Origin: Planctomycetota bacterium | Lineage (GTDB): Bacteria; Planctomycetota; UBA1135; UBA2386 | Length of the DNA: 64,000 bases | Assembly: GCA_965228735.1 (NCBI GenBank) | Contig: OZ245838.1 | Span: 2,784,001-2,848,000, forward strand | Direction: 5' to 3' | Part shown: positions 19,787 through 31,514 of the stretch, piece after piece | How the letters are laid out: each line of letters starts with the position of its first letter | How positions within the stretch are numbered: the first letter of the stretch is position 1 | Made by a program: the position numbers and the translations under genes | The notes under the pieces: generated by a model | Database searches by the model: none | Told to the model about the DNA's origin: nothing | The model's input: only the letters and a program-made list of their open reading frames with translations

Positions 19787-21139
19787 CTAGCCCTCCTTCT
19801 CGAACATGTCGAGTCCGCTGCGAATGACCCCACCGACGTCGATCTTGCAAGGATCGGCAAACGTGCAGAGCGCGACGTCTTCCTCGGTGACCTCGAGCAG
19901 GCCGAGCTTGATGGCCTCGTCGAGGTCGTTGGCCTGAATGGCGCGACACAGGAACGTCGGGAAGATGTCGAGCGGCGTGACCCGCTCCCACGATCCGATG
20001 TTCACGATCGGCCGGACGCCGCCATGCAGGCGCGCATCGACCGCGTATTCCTTCTTGCCGGGCAGCAGCCAGGACACGCTGCGGTGCATCGTGAGCTTGG
20101 TCGGCTGCGGCTTGGCCCAGCCGAACAGGTCGCGACGGTCCGTGCCCTCCGCGATCACGGTGACGGTCGAGGTGCGAAAGCCGATGGCGCCGTCGCTCTC
20201 GATGGCGCGCCCGTGCAGCACGTTGCCATCGATCACCCGCACGTCGCCGGTGATCGGCTGCCCGCCGTTGAAGACGGCTACCGGCGAACCGTGCCGCACC
20301 CGGAAGTACTGTCGCTGCGGCGCCTCGCTACCGCCGACCGCGACGACGATACGGGCCGGATACTGCCCGCTCTCCACCCACTGCCCGAGGCGCGCGACGT
20401 CCTGAACGCGCAGCGTGTAGGCGATCTCCTCGCTCTTCAGCGGCCGGATCTCGTGGATGTGGGTGCCGGTCAGACCCGCCGGGTGCGGGCCGGAGAAGTT
20501 GTGCACCTCGACGCCGCTCAGGTCGCGCAGATCACTCTGGTCCTGGCCCTGCGCGTGCAGTGACAGGTAGACCGGACCGTCCGTCAGCTGCTTGAGCAGG
20601 TCGATGCCGCGCTGCACCTCGGCCTTCTTGCCGCCCGTCAGGAACGCCGGGTCGGCGGCGAGAGGCGCCGTGTCCATGCCGTTGACGAAGATCGCGACGG
20701 GCTTCTTGTCACCGCGCACGAGCTTGCCGACCGGACGCTGCACGAACAGGTGCCAGAGGCCCGCGTTCTTCAGCGCCTTGCGCAGCGACTCCGCGTCGCT
20801 ACCGGGCTTGACCGCGTCGGCAAACTGCTCCTGCCCACCACCCGCGAGCCCGTTCTCGATCACGACGCGCCGCAGGAAGCGGCGCGCGCCGTACTCGATC
20901 GCCTTGACCTTGCCCGTCGTCGGCGAGCAGAAGACGACCTCGCGGTCGATCTTGTCGAGGAACAGCGGCTGTCCCGTGACGACGTTGTCGCCCTCCTTGA
21001 CGAGGACCTTGGGTTTGATGCCGAGGAACTCGGCGGTCTCGACGGCGACCTCTTCGGCCTCGGGCGCATCGCTCAGCGTGCGCTCCGGGGAGCCGGCCAG
21101 AGGGAGATCGAAGCCTTTCGTGATGGTATGGGTGGTCAT
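19787..21139 (-). CDS. nqrA: Na+-NQR subunit A
   Basis: ITKGFDLPLAG, MDTAPLAAD, GPHPAGL and EEDVALCTFADPCK motifs. Confidence 0.96.
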   Translation of the reverse strand: MTTHTITKGFDLPLAGSPERTLSDAPEAEEVAVETAEFLGIKPKVLVKEGDNVVTGQPLFLDKIDREVVFCSPTTGKVKAIEYGARRFLRRVVIENGLAGGGQEQFADAVKPGSDAESLRKALKNAGLWHLFVQRPVGKLVRGDKKPVAIFVNGMDTAPLAADPAFLTGGKKAEVQRGIDLLKQLTDGPVYLSLHAQGQDQSDLRDLSGVEVHNFSGPHPAGLTGTHIHEIRPLKSEEIAYTLRVQDVARLGQWVESGQYPARIVVAVGGSEAPQRQYFRVRHGSPVAVFNGGQPITGDVRVIDGNVLHGRAIESDGAIGFRTSTVTVIAEGTDRRDLFGWAKPQPTKLTMHRSVSWLLPGKKEYAVDARLHGGVRPIVNIGSWERVTPLDIFPTFLCRAIQANDLDEAIKLGLLEVTEEDVALCTFADPCKIDVGGVIRSGLDMFEKEG

Positions 21140-21233
21140 CCCGTTGCAGGTCGGGCCAGGGGAATCAGGCCGTCAGTGGCCTGGGTGCGTGAGCTTTCGG
21201 CAGCGGATCGCGGCAGCGACTTGGTCGGACGGG

Positions 21234-21413
21234 TCACCGACACGCCTCGACCCCGGGTTCGCCGGAGCCGGGCTCGCGCCCGCAGGTGTTGCACGAGCCG
21301 TCGGCGCTGAGTCCCCCGCACGAGCCGGACAGCCGCCGGCCGGACAATGCGAGGAACACGACCGCGACGACCGGGATCGTGAACACAAGGACGGGAAGCA
21401 GGACCGAGGACAC
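21234..21413 (-). CDS. nqrM: NqrM-like Na+-NQR maturation protein (about 59 aa)
   Basis: GTG start, one TM helix, then RRLSGSCGGL..SCNTC......C; directly upstream of nqrA. Confidence 0.75.
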   Translation of the reverse strand: MSSVLLPVLVFTIPVVAVVFLALSGRRLSGSCGGLSADGSCNTCGREPGSGEPGVEACR

Positions 21414-21612
21414 CGTTTTCGCTCCGAAAAGTCGCAAGCAGGTTAGCGAACGGCGCCCGAGATTCGAGGCTGCGATTTCGAGAGCAGCGCGAATCCGGGG
21501 ACCGAAGGCCGGGTATCTGGTCGAACGCCGGGGCGCGGCCGCCGAATTTCGCGAATCGCCGACTCCAGCCGGGAATCGCGCCAATGCGGCCCGAAGTCAG
21601 CGGCGCGGCCCC

Positions 21613-21879
21613 TCAAAGCCGGGCCAGCACGAGATCCGAGAGCGCCCCGAGCGTGTTGCAGTTGCGCAGCGACACGTCCTGGTCCTCGACCTTGACCCCG
21701 AAGCGGCTCTCGAGGAACTCGACGATCTCGAGAACGCCGGCCGAATCGACGATCCCCGAGGTCACGAGCGGCGTGTCGGTCTCGAGCCCGTCGCCCCGAC
21801 CGTCGCGAAACCAATCGGCCACGAAGCCGCGGATCTGGGCCAGCACGGAGTCTCGGGTCGGCAGCGGTTCGGCGGTCAT
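21613..21879 (-). CDS. Stand-alone acyl/aminoacyl carrier protein
   Basis: LVTSGIVDSAGVLEIVEFLESRFGV phosphopantetheine site; 88 aa. Confidence 0.88.
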   Translation of the reverse strand: MTAEPLPTRDSVLAQIRGFVADWFRDGRGDGLETDTPLVTSGIVDSAGVLEIVEFLESRFGVKVEDQDVSLRNCNTLGALSDLVLARL

Positions 21880-22260
21880 GCGGGCGGCAGACTATGCCAG
21901 CGAAGCGGCGCCCGGGAAAGGCCGAGAACCCGGCCACGGAGCACTGATGCCATGAGTGTGGATTTCCCGGCGCGCGCCGCGCCCAAGCGCCGGCGGGCCG
22001 CGCGCTTGCGGCAGGAGGGTGCCCTCGGGCCGGACGCGTGCCCGGGACCGCGGAGCCGGCAACGAGTTGCGGACATCCAACCACACGCAAGGCATCAGCC
22101 CCGGGGGGATGCGGCGGTGGCTGCCCGAGTTCGTGGACAGAACCCCACAACTACCTGCAAAGTCTCGACCTGCGCGCGTTCGCCAGCCGCCCGATTGACC
22201 GCCGCTGCGTTGCGCGCGGCCCGAGCCGCCATTACCGTCCGTCCCCGGGAGGCTCAGGTC

Positions 22261-23154
22261 ATGCTGTATTCGCTCGTCATTCCGGCCCACAACGAGGAAG
22301 GCATCCTCACGGCGACGGTCGACAGGATCCTCACGGCGATGCGCGCCGAGGCGATCCCGACGGAGCTCATCCTCGTCGAGGACAACAGCACCGACGGGAC
22401 GCTGCCGGTGATGCAGGCACTGCAGTCGCGCTGGCCGGAGATCCGGATCGTGCAGCGCACGCCACCGGGCGGGTTCGGTCGCGCGGTGCGTTCCGGCGTC
22501 GAGGCGGTCACGGGCGACGTCGTGGCGATCGTGATGGCGGACGACTCGGACGACCCGAAGGACATCGTCGCCTACTACCGCAAGATCCAGGAAGGCTACG
22601 ACTGCGTCTTCGGCTCACGCTTCCGGAAGCAGAGCGTGGTGAAGGACTACCCCTGGTTCAAGTACGTGCTCAACCGCGTCGTGAACAAGATGATCCAGAT
22701 CCTGTTCTGGACGAAGTTCAACGACATCACGAACGCGTTCAAGGCCTACCGCACCGAGGTGATCCGCACCTGCGGGCCCTACACGGCGTGCCACTTCAAT
22801 ATCACGATCGAGATGTCGCTGAGCGCGCTGATCCGCAAGTACGACATCGCGGAGATCCCGATCAGCTGGTACGGCCGGACCTGGGGTTCGTCGAGCCTCA
22901 AGGTCACGGAGATGGGCCGGCGCTACCTCGCCGTGCTGCTCAAGCTGTTCTTCGATCGCATGCTCGTCGCCGACGACCTGCTGTCGGAGAAGGTCGCCGC
23001 GCACGGTCGGCAGCAGCAGCACACGGATCGGCTCGAGCAACGGCTCGGCGAGGTCGAGTCCAAGCTGGGCATCCAGCAGGCAGCGGAGATCCAGCAGAAG
23101 GGGACCGCGGCTGCCGCACCGGCCGCGAAGACCGCGGCGCGGGACGCCGGATGA
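22261..23154 (+). CDS. GT2 glycosyltransferase (polyprenol-phosphate glycosyltransferase, DPM1-like)
   Basis: SLVIPAHNEE, EDNSTDGT, MADDSD, VFGSRF and DITNAFKAY; GGAGG SD upstream. Confidence 0.9.
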   Translation: MLYSLVIPAHNEEGILTATVDRILTAMRAEAIPTELILVEDNSTDGTLPVMQALQSRWPEIRIVQRTPPGGFGRAVRSGVEAVTGDVVAIVMADDSDDPKDIVAYYRKIQEGYDCVFGSRFRKQSVVKDYPWFKYVLNRVVNKMIQILFWTKFNDITNAFKAYRTEVIRTCGPYTACHFNITIEMSLSALIRKYDIAEIPISWYGRTWGSSSLKVTEMGRRYLAVLLKLFFDRMLVADDLLSEKVAAHGRQQQHTDRLEQRLGEVESKLGIQQAAEIQQKGTAAAAPAAKTAARDAG

Positions 23155-24230
23155 GCCAGCGGTTTCGGCACGCACTCGTGACCGGCGGCGCCGGCTTCGT
23201 CGGCAGCCGACTCTGCCTGCGGCTCAGAGCCAGTGATCCCGATCTGCGGGTCACGGCGTTCGACAACCTCGTTCGCCGCGGCAGTGAGCTGCACGTGCCG
23301 CTGCTGCGCGAGCACGGCGTCGAGTTCCGTCACGGCGACATCCGGTGCCCCGAGGACTTCGAGGGGTTGCCGCCGTTCGACCTGCTGCTCGAGTGCTCGG
23401 CCGAACCGTCCGTGCACGCGGGCCAGGACGGCTCGCCCGTCGGCGTCGTGCACAACAATCTCACGGGCACGCTGCACTGCCTCGAAGCCGCGCGCCAGCA
23501 GGACGCCGCCGTGCTGTTCCTCAGCACGAGCCGGGTCTACCCGATCGCGCACCTGCGGAGCCTGCGGACCGAAGAACGGGCGAGCCGACTCGCGCTCGCG
23601 GCCGAGCAATCGTTGGCCGGTTGTTCGGAGAACGGCATCGCCGAGGACTTCCCGCTCGACGGTCCGCGCTCGTTCTACGGCATGACGAAGCTCGCGGGCG
23701 AGGCGCTGATCCACGAGTACGGCTTCACCTATGGCACGCGCGCGCTGATCAACCGCTGCGGCGTGATCGCGGGCCCGGGCCAGATGGGCAAGGTCGACCA
23801 GGGCGTCGTGACGCTGTGGGCCGCGCGCCACATCTACGAGCAGCCGCTGAAGTACATCGGCTTCGGCGGGCACGGCAAGCAGGTGCGCGACATCCTGCAC
23901 GTCGACGATCTGTGCGACCTCGTGATGGCGCAGCTACAGCGCAGCGAGCTGTGGGACGGCCGCATCTACAATGCCGGCGGCGGCACCGCGCACTCCGCCT
24001 CGCTGCTCGAACTAACGGGCCTGTGCCGCGAGCTCACGGGCAAATCGGTCGCCATCACGCCACAGCCCGAGACCAACGCGGTCGACGTGCCGCTCTACGA
24101 GACGGACAACGCCAAGGTCACCCGCGAATGCGCCTGGTCCCCGCAGCGCAGCGTTGCGCAGACGGTCGAAGAGATCGTCGCCTGGATCCGCGATCGAAAG
24201 GACGAGCTCCGCCCGATCCTCGGCACGTGA
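23151..24230 (+). CDS. NAD-dependent epimerase (CDP-paratose 2-epimerase-like)
   Basis: TGGAGFVG, STSRVY, YGMTK and GKVDQGV motifs. Confidence 0.9.
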   Translation: MSQRFRHALVTGGAGFVGSRLCLRLRASDPDLRVTAFDNLVRRGSELHVPLLREHGVEFRHGDIRCPEDFEGLPPFDLLLECSAEPSVHAGQDGSPVGVVHNNLTGTLHCLEAARQQDAAVLFLSTSRVYPIAHLRSLRTEERASRLALAAEQSLAGCSENGIAEDFPLDGPRSFYGMTKLAGEALIHEYGFTYGTRALINRCGVIAGPGQMGKVDQGVVTLWAARHIYEQPLKYIGFGGHGKQVRDILHVDDLCDLVMAQLQRSELWDGRIYNAGGGTAHSASLLELTGLCRELTGKSVAITPQPETNAVDVPLYETDNAKVTRECAWSPQRSVAQTVEEIVAWIRDRKDELRPILGT

Positions 24231-24233
24231 CCC

Positions 24234-24366
24234 CCCGTACGGTACCTGGTTCAGACTGCCGGGCCGAAGCGGCGGCGACGGCGCGAAGCGCCGCAGCCGC
24301 CGCCTCGGCCCGGCAGTTTGAACCAGGTACCGTACGGGTGACCTTAGGTACCGTACGGGTGACCTT
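24234..24366. repeat. 105-bp imperfect palindrome plus 21-bp tandem direct repeat (REP/MITE-like)
   Basis: Arms cccgtacggtacctggttca and tgaaccaggtaccgtacggg span 24234-24338; aggtaccgtacgggtgacctt occurs at 24325-24345 and 24346-24366. Confidence 0.85.
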
Positions 24367-24407
24367 CCGCTGTTTCGCGGCTCACTCCTCCCCTACCATT
24401 CGGGGCC

Positions 24408-25553
24408 ATGGTTCATGGCGGTAAGACAGTGGTCGTCACCGGCGCGGCCGGGCTCGTGGGTTCGGAGGCGGTCAGCTTCTACTCCGAACGCGGCGCCCGG
24501 GTGCTCGGGGTCGACAACAACATGCGGCGGTCGTTCTTCGGCGCGGACGGGGACACGACGTGGAATCGCGAGCGGCTGCAGCAGGCGTATCGCGGCTACG
24601 AACATCGGCATCTCGACATCCGCGATCGCGAGGGGATCGACGCGCTGTTCCGGGCGGAGAAACCCGATCTGATCGTGCACTGCGCGGCGCAGCCGTCGCA
24701 CGACCTCGCGGCGCGGCGCCCGTTCGACGACTTCGACGTCAACGCGGTGGGCACGATGAACCTGCTCGAGGCGTGCCGGCAACACTGCCCCGAGTCGCCG
24801 TTCGTCTTCACGTCGACCAACAAGGTCTACGGCAACGCGCCCAACGAGGTGCCGCTCGTCGAACTCGAGACGCGCTGGGACTACGAACGGCCGGAGGACC
24901 GCCAGGGCATCGACGAGACGTGCCGCATCGACCAGTGCCTGCACAGCCTGTTCGGCGCCTCGAAGGTCGCCGCGGACGTGATGGCGCAGGAGTATGGCCG
25001 CTACTTCGACATGCCGGTCGGCGTGTTCCGCGGCGGCTGCCTCACGGGCTCGCACCATTCCGGCGCGGAGCTGCACGGCTTCCTGGCCTACCTCGTGCGC
25101 GCGACGTTCGAAGGGCGGCAGTACCGGATCTTCGGCTACCAGGGCAAGCAGGTGCGCGACAACATCGACAGCCGCGACGTGATCGCCGCGATGGATGCGT
25201 TCGCGCAGGCACCGCGCCCGGGCGAGGTCTACAACCTCGGCGGCGGGCGGGCGAACTCGATCTCGATGCTCGAGGCGATCGCGACGATCGAACACCGCAC
25301 GGGCAAGACGCTCGCTCACGAGTACGTCGACGACAACCGCATCGGTGATCACATCTGCTACATCACCGACATGTCCAAGTTCCGGTCGCACTATCCGGAC
25401 TGGTCGCTGCAGCACTCGCTCGACGACGTGTTGACCGACATGGTCGACGCGATGGCCGAGCGCTACGCGCGCACCGACGCGGCTCCGGTCGCCGCGCGCC
25501 GCCCCTACTCGAGCGACGAGAGGGTCAACGAGGACACCGCGACGCCGAGCTGA
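24408..25553 (+). CDS. NAD-dependent epimerase (CDP-paratose 2-epimerase-like)
   Basis: [27 protein letters not shown] and GKQVRDN motifs. Confidence 0.9.
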   Translation: MVHGGKTVVVTGAAGLVGSEAVSFYSERGARVLGVDNNMRRSFFGADGDTTWNRERLQQAYRGYEHRHLDIRDREGIDALFRAEKPDLIVHCAAQPSHDLAARRPFDDFDVNAVGTMNLLEACRQHCPESPFVFTSTNKVYGNAPNEVPLVELETRWDYERPEDRQGIDETCRIDQCLHSLFGASKVAADVMAQEYGRYFDMPVGVFRGGCLTGSHHSGAELHGFLAYLVRATFEGRQYRIFGYQGKQVRDNIDSRDVIAAMDAFAQAPRPGEVYNLGGGRANSISMLEAIATIEHRTGKTLAHEYVDDNRIGDHICYITDMSKFRSHYPDWSLQHSLDDVLTDMVDAMAERYARTDAAPVAARRPYSSDERVNEDTATPS

Positions 25554-27523
25554 CGGCGTTCGTCGCGCAGCCCGTAGTCGAACGGGGCGAACGCGTCGGG
25601 GAACACGAACTCGAGATCGAACGGGCCGGCCGCGATCGGCGGCACCGCGAGATCGACCGTGACATGATCGTGGTCCACGGCCACGAATTCACCGACGACC
25701 TCGCCGAACGCGCACACCTGCACGCGCTGCGTCGGCGCGCGCTCGGCGTCCACGTTCGTCATCGCGTAGGTGAGCTCGAGCCGCAGCGGTCCGGTGTGCG
25801 CGGGCGCCTCGAAGCGCATGCGTGCGCGCCGACCGGCACTCCAGACGAACCCGCCCTCGTCGATGCTCCAGCCCTCGCGCAGGAACGGTCTGGCGTTGCC
25901 GTCGAAGCCGAAACGCAGCTCGTCACCCCAGTGGTAGGCCGCCGGCGCGAGCCGACGCGGGGCGGCGGCCTCCGCGGCGAACACCGACCAGCGCCGCCGG
26001 GCGAGATAGTCGGCGCCGGCCCGGACGCGGGCCGCGTTGCCGTAGAGCGCTTCGAGCTCGGTGTCCGCGCGATTGCGGTAGTCGACGAGCATCGGCACGA
26101 GCATGGAACGCGACGCGTGCTCCGACTGCGCGATCGCGAGCCCGACGCGATAGCTCTGGACCGCGCCGACGGTGAGCAGAACGAGTCCGGCGACGGCAAA
26201 CCACCGTAGGGCGGCCGGCGGCCGTGAGGAGTCGGCGGGTGCCCCCGCGCGCGCCGGAAGCCGCAGCAAGGCAGCGAGCAGCGTGACGAGCACCGCGATG
26301 ACCGGCAACGAGTAGGTCGCGTAGGCCGCGCGATACGCGAGGTGACCGTTGCCCGAACGACCGACGGCGATCATCGCGAGCGTCGCGAGCGCGAACGCGC
26401 CGACCCCGATCCAGATCCCCTGCCGCGCGAGATCGCGGCGCCGCCACAGCACGACCGTCGCGAACGTCAGCGCGAGCAACACGAGGATGCCGACGACCTC
26501 ACCGAGGTCACCCGCGGCCTCCCCGGACCCCGCGACCCACGCACCGCACAACGTGACGAAGAAGTCGAGCAGGCGTGCTGGCTCGAGCAGCGCCGACGTG
26601 ACCGACGCGTGGTGCACGGGCGTCCGATAGCCGATGAAGTAGACGCCCCACACGAGCCCGCCGACGATCAGCCACGACAACGCGAGCCGCACGATGGCGC
26701 CCCGGTTGCTCACCGCCTCCCGCCAGCACGGCAGCAGCAGCACGAGCCCGGCCGGCCAGGCCAGGAGCCCCATGGCCGACGAGAACGAGGCGGCCGTCGC
26801 GCCGAGGATCGCGCCCAGGAAGTGCCGGTTGCGCCCGCGTTTCGGAACGCCCCCGACAGCAGGGTCGCCGACCCGCCCGACCGCGACGTGCAGGTGGAAC
26901 ATCGCGATGAACGTGAACGTCAACGGCATCGTCAGCCCGATCTGGAAGCCCCAGAGCAGGTTCTCCGCCTGTCGCCAGCTCAGCAGCAACCACGCCACGA
27001 GCACGAACCACACGGGCGCGAGGCCGAACCGCAACCGCTCGCTGCGCCGCACCGCGAGGTAGGCGTAGAGCAGCATCACGCTCATGTGCAGCACGGTGAA
27101 CAGGCTCTGCGCCACGGTGTCGTACTGCGTCGCCCACGCGAGCAGGATCGCGCACGCCCGCGGGATGATGATGCGGTGCTCGTTGTGGAACGCGAGCAGC
27201 TCCGCGAGCCCGGCGTCGCCCGTGTCGATCGCCTCGAACAGGTGGACGAACTCCCACTCGTCCCAGAACGGCAGGTCGACGGCGTAGCTCGACACGTACG
27301 CGAACGTCGAGACCGCTGCCGCGAGACCGGCGATGCACCAGATCACCGACGGGCGGAACGGGCCGCGCACCTCGAGGCTGGTCACCCCGGCACTGGTCAC
27401 CCCGGCACTGGCCACGTTTGGGCTGGACTGGGACGACGGAGAAGGACTGGACGGCCGGCGGTTCAACGCCGGCGGATGGTATGGCGCAGCCGACGCGCTG
27501 TCATGCGTCGACCGCCCCATCAC
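25505..27523 (-). CDS. Multi-pass membrane protein, GT-C-like; start uncertain
   Basis: LPFWDEW and HNEHR in the first external loop, many TM helices, soluble C-terminal domain. Confidence 0.7.
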   Translation of the reverse strand: MMGRSTHDSASAAPYHPPALNRRPSSPSPSSQSSPNVASAGVTSAGVTSLEVRGPFRPSVIWCIAGLAAAVSTFAYVSSYAVDLPFWDEWEFVHLFEAIDTGDAGLAELLAFHNEHRIIIPRACAILLAWATQYDTVAQSLFTVLHMSVMLLYAYLAVRRSERLRFGLAPVWFVLVAWLLLSWRQAENLLWGFQIGLTMPLTFTFIAMFHLHVAVGRVGDPAVGGVPKRGRNRHFLGAILGATAASFSSAMGLLAWPAGLVLLLPCWREAVSNRGAIVRLALSWLIVGGLVWGVYFIGYRTPVHHASVTSALLEPARLLDFFVTLCGAWVAGSGEAAGDLGEVVGILVLLALTFATVVLWRRRDLARQGIWIGVGAFALATLAMIAVGRSGNGHLAYRAAYATYSLPVIAVLVTLLAALLRLPARAGAPADSSRPPAALRWFAVAGLVLLTVGAVQSYRVGLAIAQSEHASRSMLVPMLVDYRNRADTELEALYGNAARVRAGADYLARRRWSVFAAEAAAPRRLAPAAYHWGDELRFGFDGNARPFLREGWSIDEGGFVWSAGRRARMRFEAPAHTGPLRLELTYAMTNVDAERAPTQRVQVCAFGEVVGEFVAVDHDHVTVDLAVPPIAAGPFDLEFVFPDAFAPFDYGLRDERRQLGVAVSSLTLSSLE

Positions 27524-27549
27524 CGGTCATCCGGCGCCCGGCGGGGCGC

Positions 27550-29568
27550 CTACCCGCCGACGACCAGCGCCGCGGCGTCGGACATCACGCCGCCGAGGCC
27601 ATTCGCCCCGGCATCGAACGCAAACGCCTGCGAGAAGAACCGCGTGCCGACGAACATCGTCGACGCCGGAATCGCCAGGTTGAACGACACCGTGTTGCCG
27701 GTGCCGAGCAGCAGCAGCGTGCTGTCGGGCGACGCGTAGCCGGTGCAGCCCGGCGCGCCGAACGGCGCGAGGTCGACCGGCAGCGGACCGAAGGCCGACG
27801 TCGTCCGGCTCAGACCGAGCCAGAACACCGCGGCGTTCGTCGGGACGTTGTCGACGTTCGCCGTCATCGTCGCGCCGACCACCGGCTGGCTCGACACCGT
27901 GTTCGTCGGCACGCCGAGCGAACCCGCGCAGCCCGCGCCGATGTAGCCGTAGCCGCCCACGCCCGTGACCGAGTTGGTCGCGTAGTAGAGCGCGCCGTTC
28001 CAGATGCGCGGGTCGAAGACCGTGCCGGAGAACAGCGGATCACCCTGCGTGATGCCGGCCGTGATCGTCAGGTCGCTGTTGCTGAACGTCTCCACCTGAC
28101 CCGTGTTGGTGTAGGACGGCGACGAGCCGATCTGCTGGATCGCGAGACCGTGAACGCCGCTCGCGAGGAAGACCGGCGTCGAGAAGCTCACGAACGTGCG
28201 CTCACCGGGGCCGGCCGCGGTGACCGTTTCGTTCGCGACCTCGCGCCACTCGGTCGGGTCGGTCTCGCTGCCGACGTAGGTGCCGGGCTTCTGCCAGAGC
28301 ACGACCGTCAACGGCTGGCCGATCGCCTGGTTGCTGCGGACGTGCATGCCACAGACCGTCAGGCCCTCGGGGTTGGTGACGTCCGCGTCGATGAAGTTCG
28401 TGCCGCCCGTCGCGGTCGCGCTGATGATCACACCGCCGACGTCGAGCGTCTCGAGTCCGGTCGCGACGGCGATCTCGCGGGTCAACGTGACCGTCGGCTG
28501 ACAGAGCCGCCCGACGTTGAGCGTGATCTCGACCGGCACGCAGCCGTTCGGATACACGAAGATCGGGTTCTGTGCGGTCGAGTCGGTCAGACCATCACCG
28601 TCGAGGTCCCAGTCCCAGCTGGTCGGCGTCGGCGTGCTCGTGTCCGTGAACTGGACCGTGTTCTGGCCGATGAGCGCGGCGGTGAAGTCGGGAGTCACGA
28701 TATCGGTGACGATGTAGTTCGTGCGCGTGAGCTGCGTCGTGCCGCCGGCGTCGAACATGAAAACCGTGACGTCGTACGACCCGCAGGTCGTGTAGGTCGT
28801 CGACGGGTTCTGGACGGTCGTATCGACCGTGCCGTCACCGTCGAGATCCCAGGCCCAGCCGACGATGCCGGACGGGTTCGAGGTCGCGCCGATGCCGGTG
28901 AACTGCACCGCGAGCGGCGTCGCTCCACCCGTCACGTCCGACGTGAAGCTCACGAACGTTCCGCCGACGACGTACTCGAGCGCGATGTTCGCGTGGCGCG
29001 GCGCGAAGCCGTTCCCCGTCGTCGGATCGAACGGATCGAGCGCGGACGACCGCCGCACGCGCGCCGACGACATGTCGAGCGTGACCTCCGCCGTGCTGTA
29101 GGTCGGCGGCAGCGCCGGCGTCGGCGAGTTCGGGTTGGTGTAGATCGGGTTGCCGCCGTCGTGATGCAGCGCCATCCCGTAGGTGCCCATCGGCAGGGAG
29201 ATCGGCGAGGTCAGCACGTAGGTCGTGCGCCCCCCGGTGAACGTGACCGTCACGGAAGACGCCAGGGTCCACACGGACGCGTTGGTCTCGTTGCCGTTCG
29301 CCGTCGTGCCGGCCGGCGTGAGGTAGACGTCGAGCTTGTTGGTCAGGCTGAACGTCGTCGCCATGTTCACATCGATCTCGGTGATGATGATCCCGCTCGG
29401 ATCCGTCACGTCGACCTCGAAGAGCTGCGTGATCGGCGACGGGTTGGAGTTGCTGACGACGAGGCCGCCGACGAAGTTCGTCGTGCCCGGTTGCACACCG
29501 GCCGTGACCGGGGATTGGGCAGTGACGAACGGGGCGGCGCAGAGCAGTGAGAGAAGGAGTCTTTGCAT
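27550..29568 (-). CDS. Secreted PKD-domain protein with conserved C-terminal domain
   Basis: Signal peptide MQRLLLSLLCAAPFVTAQ; two PKD repeats (WAWDLDGDG..QNP, WDWDLDGDG..QNP). Confidence 0.85.
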   Translation of the reverse strand: MQRLLLSLLCAAPFVTAQSPVTAGVQPGTTNFVGGLVVSNSNPSPITQLFEVDVTDPSGIIITEIDVNMATTFSLTNKLDVYLTPAGTTANGNETNASVWTLASSVTVTFTGGRTTYVLTSPISLPMGTYGMALHHDGGNPIYTNPNSPTPALPPTYSTAEVTLDMSSARVRRSSALDPFDPTTGNGFAPRHANIALEYVVGGTFVSFTSDVTGGATPLAVQFTGIGATSNPSGIVGWAWDLDGDGTVDTTVQNPSTTYTTCGSYDVTVFMFDAGGTTQLTRTNYIVTDIVTPDFTAALIGQNTVQFTDTSTPTPTSWDWDLDGDGLTDSTAQNPIFVYPNGCVPVEITLNVGRLCQPTVTLTREIAVATGLETLDVGGVIISATATGGTNFIDADVTNPEGLTVCGMHVRSNQAIGQPLTVVLWQKPGTYVGSETDPTEWREVANETVTAAGPGERTFVSFSTPVFLASGVHGLAIQQIGSSPSYTNTGQVETFSNSDLTITAGITQGDPLFSGTVFDPRIWNGALYYATNSVTGVGGYGYIGAGCAGSLGVPTNTVSSQPVVGATMTANVDNVPTNAAVFWLGLSRTTSAFGPLPVDLAPFGAPGCTGYASPDSTLLLLGTGNTVSFNLAIPASTMFVGTRFFSQAFAFDAGANGLGGVMSDAAALVVGG

Positions 29569-29730
29569 CGGTGTAGCTGCGAGAAATGCGAGCCGGGCGG
29601 GGGCTCCCGGCGCGGCACACGATATCCGAGCGCCGCGCGCCGCAACGGTCCAGTAGCCGGGTGTTGCACCCGCGTGACAGATCGCGGAGCAACTGGTATC
29701 ACCCACCCCCCCCACGACGCGGCCGCGGGC

Positions 29731-30714
29731 ATGACCGACGAAGACGATCCACCGAAACCCCGCCGCCGCATCCGCGCGTCGAACATCCTGGCGCAGCTGA
29801 CGTCGGTCGGGTTCCCGTTCGCGATCGCAGGCCTCCTGCCGACCCGGCACTGGATCGTCGATCTGCCCGCGTGCTTTCCGGTGCAGGGCGGCGCGCTGCT
29901 GCTCGTCGGCGCGATCGGTCTCGCGATCGCGCGCCGCTGGTGGCTCGGCGCGATCTGGGGCCTCGGCGCCGTCGCCGCTCTCGTGGTCATCGCTCCGGGC
30001 CAGATCCGCTGCGCCGCCGAGCGACTGTCGGCCGACGAGGGCGCGCCGTCGGCCGGCCGGCTGACCGCGATCGCGCTCAACCTGCAACGCGGCGCCCATC
30101 GCCACGCGGACCGCGCGGTTCGGCTCCTGGAGACGGACACGCCGGATCTGCTGTTCGTCAGCGAGCTCACGCCGGGCTGGCACCGCGGCATGGCAACGGT
30201 GCTCGGACGCTATCCGTATCGGCACGAACAGGTCGACCCGGGCTACTACGGCCTCGCGCTGTACAGCCGGTATCCGATCACCGCCACGACCGTGCCGCTC
30301 GGTGTCGACTGGGCGCCGGCGATGCGCGCCACGGTGCGCACACCGTGGGGCGAGGTCGGCCTGCTCGGCATCCATCCCCCCCGCCCTGGCCGCCGCCACC
30401 GCAACGGCAACCGCGATGCCGCGCTGGCGGCGATTCCGGACCGCCTCGAGGGGTTGCCCGCCCGCCGGCTCGTGCTCGGCGACTTCAACGCGACGCCCTG
30501 GAACGGCGCGTTCTCGGATCTGCTCGGCGCGACCGAACTGCGGCACGGCAACGGCCTCGGCTTCGCGCCGTCCTGGCCCACGTCGCTCCCCTGGCCCTTC
30601 CGCGTCCCGATCGATCACGTGCTCGTCGGCGGCTCGCTCGTCGTCGAGGAGGTCGCGATCGGCGACTCGTTCGGCAGTGACCACGCGCCGCTCTTCGTGC
30701 GGGTGCGACTCTGA
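29731..30714 (+). CDS. Endonuclease/exonuclease/phosphatase family membrane protein
   Basis: GDFNATPW, PIDHVL and GSDHAP motifs; N-terminal TMs. Confidence 0.9.
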   Translation: MTDEDDPPKPRRRIRASNILAQLTSVGFPFAIAGLLPTRHWIVDLPACFPVQGGALLLVGAIGLAIARRWWLGAIWGLGAVAALVVIAPGQIRCAAERLSADEGAPSAGRLTAIALNLQRGAHRHADRAVRLLETDTPDLLFVSELTPGWHRGMATVLGRYPYRHEQVDPGYYGLALYSRYPITATTVPLGVDWAPAMRATVRTPWGEVGLLGIHPPRPGRRHRNGNRDAALAAIPDRLEGLPARRLVLGDFNATPWNGAFSDLLGATELRHGNGLGFAPSWPTSLPWPFRVPIDHVLVGGSLVVEEVAIGDSFGSDHAPLFVRVRL

Positions 30715-30743
30715 CCGCGAACCCCCTGCCCACGCTAGAGCCC

Positions 30744-31510
<767 letters not shown>

Positions 31511-31514
<4 letters not shown>

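Noticed and set aside
24234..24366. Possible CRISPR array
   Set aside because: Repeats are inverted or directly adjacent, with no unique spacers and no cas genes.
27378..27407. 15-bp tandem duplication encoding AGVTS twice
   Set aside because: Simple in-frame slippage in a low-complexity N-terminus; it only makes the start codon uncertain.
29641..29670. ECF-type promoter (TGCAAC...CGTT) upstream of the PKD gene
   Set aside because: The spacer is 15 nt, shorter than usual, and there is no independent support.
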